NCBI GenBank assembly: GCA_964016885.1
Contig: CAXHJY010000378.1
Span: forward strand, 1 to 38,744
Direction: 5' to 3'
Source of the DNA: Eledone cirrhosa
Taxonomy: Eukaryota
Length of the DNA: 38,744 nucleotides
This document shows, piece after piece, positions 27,258-38,744 of this stretch. The position numbers and the translations under genes are program-made. Positions within the stretch are counted from its first letter, which is position 1; the number at the start of each line of letters is the position of its first letter. The notes beneath the pieces are model-generated. The model made no database searches and was not told where the DNA came from. It saw only the letters and a program-made list of their open reading frames with translations.

Positions 27258-27703
27258 TTCCCACGGTTTCGTTTTTTTATCCACGGTTTCGTTTTTTCCC
27301 ACGGTTTCGTTTTTTTTCCCACGGTTTCGTTTTTTTCCCACGGTTTCGTTTTTTTTCCCACGGTTTCGTTTTTTTCCCACGGTTTCGTTTGTTTCCCACG
27401 GTTTTGTTTTTTTCCCACGGTTTCGTTTTTGTCCCACGGTTTCGTTTTTTTTTCCCACGGTTTCGTTTTTTTTCCCCACGGTTTCGTTTTTTTTCCCACG
27501 GTATCGTTTTTTTTCCACGGTATCGTTTTTTTCCCACGGTTTCGCTTTTTTCCCACGGTTTCGTTTTTTTCCCACGGTTTCATTTATTTTCCACGGTTTC
27601 GGTTATTTTCCCACGGTTTCGTTTTTTTCCCACGGTTTCTTTTTTTCCCACGGTTTCGTTGTTTCCCCATGGTTTCGTTTTGTTCCCACGGTTTCGTTTT
27701 TTT
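27258..27703. repeat. ~21-bp minisatellite CCCACGGTTTCG(T)n, about 21 copies
   Basis: CCACGGTTTCG core with a variable T tract. Confidence 0.97.
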
Positions 27704-27709
27704 GCCCGT

Positions 27710-28017
27710 TTTTATATGTTTGTGTTTATATACTTGTTATATGTCTGTGTTATGTTTGTTATATGTTTGTTTATTATGATTGTGTTGTTATGTTTGTTAT
27801 ATGTTTGTTATATATTTGTGTTGTTATCTTTGTTATATATTTGTGTTATGTTTGTTAAATATTTGTGTTGTTATCTTTGTTATATATTTGTGTTATGTTT
27901 GTTATATATTTGTGTTGTTATCTTTGTTATATATTTGTGTTGTTATGTTTGTTATATGTTTGTGTTGTTATCTTTGTTATATATTTGTGTTGTTATGTTT
28001 GTTATATGTTTGTGTTT
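27710..28017. repeat. T-rich minisatellite TTATATATTTGTGTTGTTATCTTTG
   Basis: Units of about 22-25 bp. Confidence 0.92.
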
Positions 28018-28474
28018 TTAATTCTGGCTGAAATGATGTTTCCGTCTTTCAAAAATGTTTGACTAGTCATGTCGACTTCTTTTGTGACATGCAATTTGAA
28101 CCCCGCATGCAATTGTTTTTATCTGTGTAGGGGGGTTATGGGGGAATGAGGTGTGAGGTGTGTGGGGAGTGTGGGTGGGGAGTGTAGGTGGGGAGTATGG
28201 GGGAAAGTGTGGGAGGTGGAGGGGTTTGTGTGTATGTTTGTGGTGAAGTGTAGTAATGTAGTACTTGCGTCCGACGACGAGACATACAATTTACAAATAT
28301 AACACAGAAATTTAAGTATATATATATATATGCGCGGGTGTGTGTGTGTGTGTGTTTGTGTGCATGCGTGCGTGTGAATATATTTAGGCACATGTACACA
28401 TACATGCATACAAATATACACATATACACACAAACACATATATGTATATATATACATATATATATATATATATG

Positions 28475-28513
<39 letters not shown>

Positions 28514-28605
28514 ATATATATATATATATGTCATATATATATATATATGTCATATATATATATGACATATATATATATATATGACACATATATATATATA
28601 TATAA

Positions 28606-28659
<54 letters not shown>

Positions 28660-28668
28660 GTATTATAT

Positions 28669-28703
<35 letters not shown>

Positions 28704-28704
<1 letters not shown>

Positions 28705-28893
28705 ATTGTTTCTACTATTGGCACAAGGCCAGATAATTACCCAGTACATTACTGGTACTTTATTTTATCGACCCCGTAAGGATGAAAGGCAAAGTTAACC
28801 TCGGCGGGATTTGAACTCAGAATGGCAAGGGCCGTAACTCTATGCGTCAAAGCATGGCGTCCGAACCTCTACCGATACTGCCAATCCACCGCC
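28704..28893 (-). mobile_element. Apparently full-length tRNA-derived SINE, family A
   Basis: Minus strand begins GGCGGTGGATTGGCAGTATCGGTAGAG, B box GAGTTCAAATCC, ends GTAGAAACAATTA in (TA)n. Confidence 0.9.
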
Positions 28894-29126
28894 ATTATAT
28901 ATATTACACATATATATATATTACACATATATATATATTACACATATATATAATATATATTACACATATATATATATTATATATATATATATATTATATA
29001 TATATATATAATACATTATATATATATATATAATGTATTATATATATATATATAATATATATATATATATAATATATATATATGTGTAATATATATATAT
29101 ATATATGTGTAATATATATATATGTG

Positions 29127-29168
<42 letters not shown>

Positions 29169-29618
29169 AATATATATATATATGTAATATATATATATAT
29201 ATATATGTAATATATATATGGTATATATATATACACATATATATATATGTATATATATGTAATATATATATGTAATATATATATATATATATATGTAATA
29301 TATGTATATATATGTAATATATATATATATACGTAATATATATATATATGTAAGATATATATATATATATGTAAGATATATATATATATGTAATATATAT
29401 ATATGTAATATATATATATATATATGTAATATATATATATATATATATATATGTAATATATGTATATATATGTAATATATATATATATACGTAATATATA
29501 TATATATGTAAGATATATATATATATGTAAGATATATATATATTACATATATATATATATGTAATATATATCTATGTAATATATATATATGTAATATATA
29601 TATATGTAATATATATGT

Positions 29619-29661
<43 letters not shown>

Positions 29662-29846
29662 GTAATATATATATATGTAATATATATATATATGTAATAT
29701 AAATATATATAAGTAATATATATATATATGTAATATGTAATATATATATGTAACATGTAATATATATATATGTAATAGATAATATATATATATATGTAAT
29801 ATGTAATATATATATATGTAATATATAATATATATATATATATATA

Positions 29847-29878
<32 letters not shown>

Positions 29879-30078
29879 ATATAATATATATATATATATA
29901 TATGTAATATATATATATATATATATGTAATATAATATATATATATATATGTAATATATGTAATATATATATATATGTAATATATATAATATATATATAT
30001 ATATGTAATATATGTAATATATATATATATGTAATATATATAATACATATATATATATATATATAATATATATATATG

Positions 30079-30120
<42 letters not shown>

Positions 30121-30287
30121 ATATATATATAATATGTAATATATATAAAAAATATATATATATATAATATATATATATATATATTATATATATATATATA
30201 TTATATATATATATATATATATATGTAATATATATATATATGTAATATATATAATACATATATATATATATATATAATATATATATG

Positions 30288-30328
<41 letters not shown>

Positions 30329-30863
30329 ATATATATAATATGTAATATATAAAAAAAATATATATATATAATATATATATATATATATTATATATATATA
30401 TATATTATATATATATATATATATATATGTAATATATATATATATGTAATATATATATATATATGTAATATATATATATATTTGTAATATAAATATATAT
30501 GTAATATATATATATGTAATATGTAATATATATATATATGTAACATATAATATATATATATATATGTGTAATATATGTAATATATATATATATATATGTA
30601 ATATATATAATATATATAATATATATATATATGTAATTTATATAATATATATATATATATATGTAATATATATAATATATATATATATATGTAATATATA
30701 TAATATATATATATATATATAAATGTAATATATATATATATATATAAATGTAATATATATATATATATATATATAAATGTAATATATATATATATAAATG
30801 TAATATATATATAAATGTAATATATATATATATAAATGTAATATATATATATATATATAAATG

Positions 30864-30905
<42 letters not shown>

Positions 30906-30962
30906 GTAATATATGTATATATATATATAAATGTAATATATGTATATATATATTATAAATGT

Positions 30963-30993
<31 letters not shown>

Positions 30994-31106
30994 GTAATAT
31001 ATGTATATATATATATAAATGTAATATATATATATATATATATATATAAATGTAATATATATATATATATATAGATAAATGTAATATATATATATATATA
31101 ATATAT

Positions 31107-31147
<41 letters not shown>

Positions 31148-31379
31148 GTAATATATATATATATATATAATATATATATATATATAAATGTAATATATAT
31201 ATATATATAATATATATATATAATATATATATATATAAATGTAATATATATATATATATAATAATATATATATATATATATAATATATAATATATATAAT
31301 ATAAATGTAATATATATATATAATATATATATATATATAAATGTAATATATATATATAATATATATATATATATAAATG

Positions 31380-31415
<36 letters not shown>

Positions 31416-31490
31416 AATATATAATATAAATATAATATATATATAATATATATATAAATGTAATATATATATATATATAATATATATATA

Positions 31491-31538
<48 letters not shown>

Positions 31539-31592
31539 TATATATTATATATATATATATATATATAAATGTAATATATATATATATATAAT

Positions 31593-31633
<41 letters not shown>

Positions 31634-31642
31634 GTAATATAT

Positions 31643-31683
<41 letters not shown>

Positions 31684-31709
31684 GTAATATATATATATAT
31701 AATATATAT

Positions 31710-31744
<35 letters not shown>

Positions 31745-32606
31745 GAATGTAATATATATATATATATATATATAAATGTAATATATATATATATATATAT
31801 ATATATAAACGTTTGAATATGTGTAATAAGGCCAAGACAATGCAGGTATGGACATAGAAAAAAGAATGCAATAGTGAAAGATATTGATGTGAATTCGTCT
31901 TTCACCTTAAATTTATTTAAATGTCCTTAATTTTCGAGATAATATCTCTTCCTCGGAGGGAAGTAAAGGTCTCAAACTAGCGTCTTTAAATCTCTAGTCA
32001 AGCCATGCATATATATATAAATGTAATATATATATATATATATATAAATGTAATATATATATATATATATAAATGTAATATATATATATATATATATAAA
32101 TGTAATATATATATATATATATATATAAATGTAATATATATATATATATATATAAATGTAATATATATATATATATATATATAAATGTAATATATATATA
32201 TATATATATAAATGTAATATATATATATATATATAAATGTAATATATATTATATATATATATATAAATGTAATATATATATATATATATATAAATGTAAT
32301 ATATATATATATATATAAATGTAATATATATATATATATATATAAATGTAATATATATATATATATATATATAAATGTAATATATATATATATATATATA
32401 TAAATGTAATATATATATATATATATATAAATGTAATATATATATATATATATATATGTAATATATATATATATATATATAAATGTAATATATATATATA
32501 TATATATAAATGTAATATATATATATATATATATAAATGTAATATATATATATATATATATAAATGTAATATATATATATATATATATAAATGTAATATA
32601 TATATG

Positions 32607-32641
<35 letters not shown>

Positions 32642-32715
32642 ATATATATATATATGTAATATATATATATATGTAATATATATATATATATAATATATAT
32701 ATATATATAATATAT

Positions 32716-32749
<34 letters not shown>

Positions 32750-32803
32750 ATATATATTATATATATATATATTATATATATAATATAATATATATATATA
32801 TAT

Positions 32804-32853
<50 letters not shown>

Positions 32854-33100
32854 TATATATATATAATATATATATAATATATAATATATATATATATAAT
32901 ATATATATATATATAATATATATATATATATATAATATATATATATATATAATATAATATATATAATATATATATATATATAATATATATATATATATAA
33001 TATATATATATATATAATATATATATATATATAATATATATATATATATAATATATATATATATATAATATATATATATATATAATATATTATATATATA

Positions 33101-33147
<47 letters not shown>

Positions 33148-33201
33148 TATATATATATAATATATATATATATATAATATATATATATATATATAATATA
33201 T

Positions 33202-33247
<46 letters not shown>

Positions 33248-33291
33248 ATATAATATATATAATATATAATATATATATATATATATATATA

Positions 33292-33368
<77 letters not shown>

Positions 33369-33378
33369 ATAAATATAT

Positions 33379-33440
<62 letters not shown>
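28894..33440. repeat. Large (TA)n compound microsatellite (GTAA/AATGTAA/AA interruptions)
   Basis: Direct inspection; interrupted by the 31807-32008 island. Confidence 0.98.
31807..32008 (-). mobile_element. Dispersed ~200-bp repeat with a hammerhead-like variant, copy 2
   Basis: Colinear with 18098-18298; minus-strand CCGAGGA-A-GAGATATTATCTC-GAAA-AT-TA-AGG at 31924-31960. Confidence 0.6.
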
Positions 33441-33441
<1 letters not shown>

Positions 33442-33693
33442 AATGAGACGTATAGAGATTGTTTTAGCAAGAAGCTAACGGCATTCTATAACATATATGC
33501 GACTATAACGTCAAGATGGGAAAAGTAGTTAACGAAAGATTTAGGGAAAATAACTCAAACTCATCTCAAAAGAGAATCAGGATACAAATTCATCCACAGA
33601 ATTTAGTAAATCCATGGAAAAATCTATAGACCTTTAACTCATGATAAAACAAAGTTTGAAACACTTATCCTTCAATTTGGAATAACATCAAAT

Positions 33694-33774
33694 GCTCTGT
33701 ATAGTCTTAAAAGACTATTTCATGAAAACTTTCAGTGGAGATGGTCACGGTTGGAAATCATTCATCAGCAGAGC
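33694..33774 (-). ncRNA. Type I hammerhead ribozyme, array unit 1
   Basis: Minus strand: GCTCTG-CTGATGA-ATGA...TCAT-GAAA-TAGTCTT TT AAGACTA-TA-CAGAGC; predicted cleavage between 33700 and 33699. Confidence 0.9.
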
Positions 33775-34319
33775 TCAACAGAAAACCAGGGCTCTCACAG
33801 TAATATAGTCCGAAAAAGGGAATTCTAAAACTGGCTAGTTCGCCTTCATGTGTATTTATGAAAAAGCACATGAGGAAAAAACGGGGCTAGTGACGTCAGG
33901 ATGGAAGTGAATGTTTATTTACAAGAAATAGCAGTCAAATACATTCTGAAAAAAACTCTACAAGGAGTTCAGCAAAATAGCAATAATTATCACAGTTTTT
34001 ATGAAAAAACCGGGTTAGTCACAGATAGTTTAAGCACTCTAGGAAAAGAATCCGAGTATAAATATAAATGAGACGTATAGAGATTGTTTTAGCAAGAAGC
34101 TAACGGCATTCTATAACATATATGCGACTATAACGTCAAGATGGGAAAAGTAGTTAACGAAAGATTTAGGAAAAATAACTCAAACTCATCTCAAAAGAGA
34201 ATCAGGATACAAATTCATCCACAGAATTTAGTAAAATCCATGGAAAAATCTATAGACCTTTAACTCATGATAAAACAAAGTTTGAAACACTTATCCTTCA
34301 ATTTGGAATAACATCAAAT

Positions 34320-34400
34320 GCTCTGTATAGTCTTAAAATACTATTTCATGAAAACTTTCAGTGGAGATGGTCACGGTTGGAAATCATTCATCAGCAGAGC
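34320..34400 (-). ncRNA. Type I hammerhead ribozyme, array unit 2
   Basis: As unit 1 with one stem III substitution (+ strand AAGACTA to AATACTA). Confidence 0.87.
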
Positions 34401-34948
34401 TCAACAGAAAACCAGGGCTCTCACAGTAATATAGTCCGAAAAAGGGAATTCTAAAACTGGCTAGTTCGCCTTCATGTGTATTTATGAAAAAGCACATGAG
34501 GAAAAAACGGGGCTAGTGACGTCAGGATGGAAGTGAATGTTTATTTACAAGAAATAGCAGTCAAATACATTCTGAAAAAAACTCTACAAGGAGTTCAGCA
34601 AAATAGCAATAATTATCACAGTTTTTATGAAAAAACCGGGATTAGTCACAGATAGTTTAAGCACTCTAGGAAAAGAATCCGAGTATAAATATATAAATGA
34701 GACGTATAGAGATTGTTTTAGCAAGAAGCTAACGGCATTCTATAACATATATGCGACTATAACGTCAAGATGGGAAAAGTAGTTAACGAAAGATTTAGGG
34801 AAAATAACTCAAACTCATCTCAAAAGAGAATCAGGATACAAATTCATCCACAGAATTTAGTAAAATCCATGGAAAAATCTATAGACCTTTAACTCATGAT
34901 AAAACAAAGTTTGAAACACTTATCCTTCAATTTGGAATAACATCAAAT

Positions 34949-35029
34949 GCTCTGTATAGTCTTAAAAGACTATTTCATGAAAACTTTCAGTGGAGATGGT
35001 CACGGTTGGAAATCATTCATCAGCAGAGC
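34949..35029 (-). ncRNA. Type I hammerhead ribozyme, array unit 3
   Basis: Same motif as unit 1. Confidence 0.9.
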
Positions 35030-35574
35030 TCAACAGAAAACCAGGGCTCTCACAGTAATATAGTCCGAAAAAGGGAATTCTAAAACTGGCTAGTTCGCCT
35101 TCATGTGTATTTATGAAAAAGCACATGAGGAAAAAACGGGGCTAGTGACGTCAGGATGGAAGTGAATGTTTATTTACAAGAAATAGCAGTCAAATACATT
35201 CTGAAAAAACTCTACAAGGAGTTCAGCAAAATAGCAATAATTATCACAGTTTTTATGAAAAAAACCGGGATTAGTCACAGATAGTTTAAGCACTCTAGGA
35301 AAAGAATCCGAGTATAAATATAAATGAGACGTATAGAGATTGTTTTAGCAAGAAGCTAACGGCATTCTATAACATATATGCGACTATAACGTCAAGATGG
35401 GAAAAGTAGTTAACGAAAGATTTAGGAAAATAACTCAAACTCATCTCAAAAGAGAATCAGGATACAAATTCATCCACAGAATTTAGTAAAATCCATGGAA
35501 AAATCTATAGACCTTTAACTCATGATAAAACAAAGTTTGAAACACTTATCCTTCAATTTGGAATAACATCAAAT

Positions 35575-35654
35575 GCTCTGTATAGTCTTAAAAGACTATT
35601 TCATGAAAACTTCAGTGGAGATGGTCACGGTTGGAAATCATTCATCAGCAGAGC
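35575..35654 (-). ncRNA. Type I hammerhead ribozyme, array unit 4
   Basis: As unit 1 with a 1-nt deletion in the stem II extension. Confidence 0.88.
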
Positions 35655-36012
35655 TCAACAGAAAACCAGGGCTCTCACAGTAATATAGTCCGAAAAAGGG
35701 AATTCTAAAACTGGCTAGTTCGCCTTCATGTGTATTTATGAAAAAGCACATGAGGAAAAAACGGGGCTAGTGACGTCAGGATGGAAGTGAATGTTTATTT
35801 ACAAGAAATAGCAGTCAAATACATTCTGAAAAAAACTCTACAAGGAGTTCAGCAAAATAGCAATAATTATCACAGTTTTTATGAAAAAAACCGGGATTAG
35901 TCACAGATAGTTTAAGCACTCTAGGAAAAGAATCCGAGTATAAATATAAATGAGACGTATAGAGATTGTTTAGCAAGAAGCTAACGGCATTCTATAACAT
36001 ATATGCGACTAT

Positions 36013-38744
<2,732 letters not shown>

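Larger units (their letters stand above)
33441..36012 (-). mobile_element. Head-to-tail array of a ~626-bp non-coding, hammerhead-bearing unit (retrozyme-like / Penelope pLTR-like), 4 units plus 65 bp
   Basis: AAATGAGACG starts at 33441, 34066, 34695, 35322 and 35948. Units are near-identical, have no ORF in the track, carry one hammerhead each and are flanked by (TA)n. Confidence 0.85.

Noticed and set aside
28129-28225. G-rich tract with G-quadruplex potential
   Set aside because: Low-complexity G tracts are common in this window and nothing links this one to a function.

Overview
Non-coding, extremely microsatellite-rich animal genomic DNA. The tRNA-derived SINEs and (TA)n load resemble an octopus/cephalopod genome (inference). 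No intact host gene is visible: almost all ORFs in the track are translations of simple repeats, and the only protein-like sequences are two decayed fragments of an L1/Tx1-type LINE ORF2 (8.7-9.7 kb). The notable signal is RNA-level. Many short unique islands between (TA)n tracts carry type I hammerhead ribozymes (stem I-CUGAUGA-stem II-GAAA-stem III-UH-stem I'). There are six sequence-diverse dispersed copies with intact cores, several variant or rearranged ones, and a young head-to-tail array of about 4.1 x 626 bp (33441-36012) with one hammerhead per unit. That array looks like a retrozyme or Penelope-associated element that could produce ~626-nt circular RNAs. Also present are two groups of tRNA-derived SINEs, a 31-bp minisatellite, a 21-bp minisatellite, a possible non-autonomous Helitron and several local inversions.
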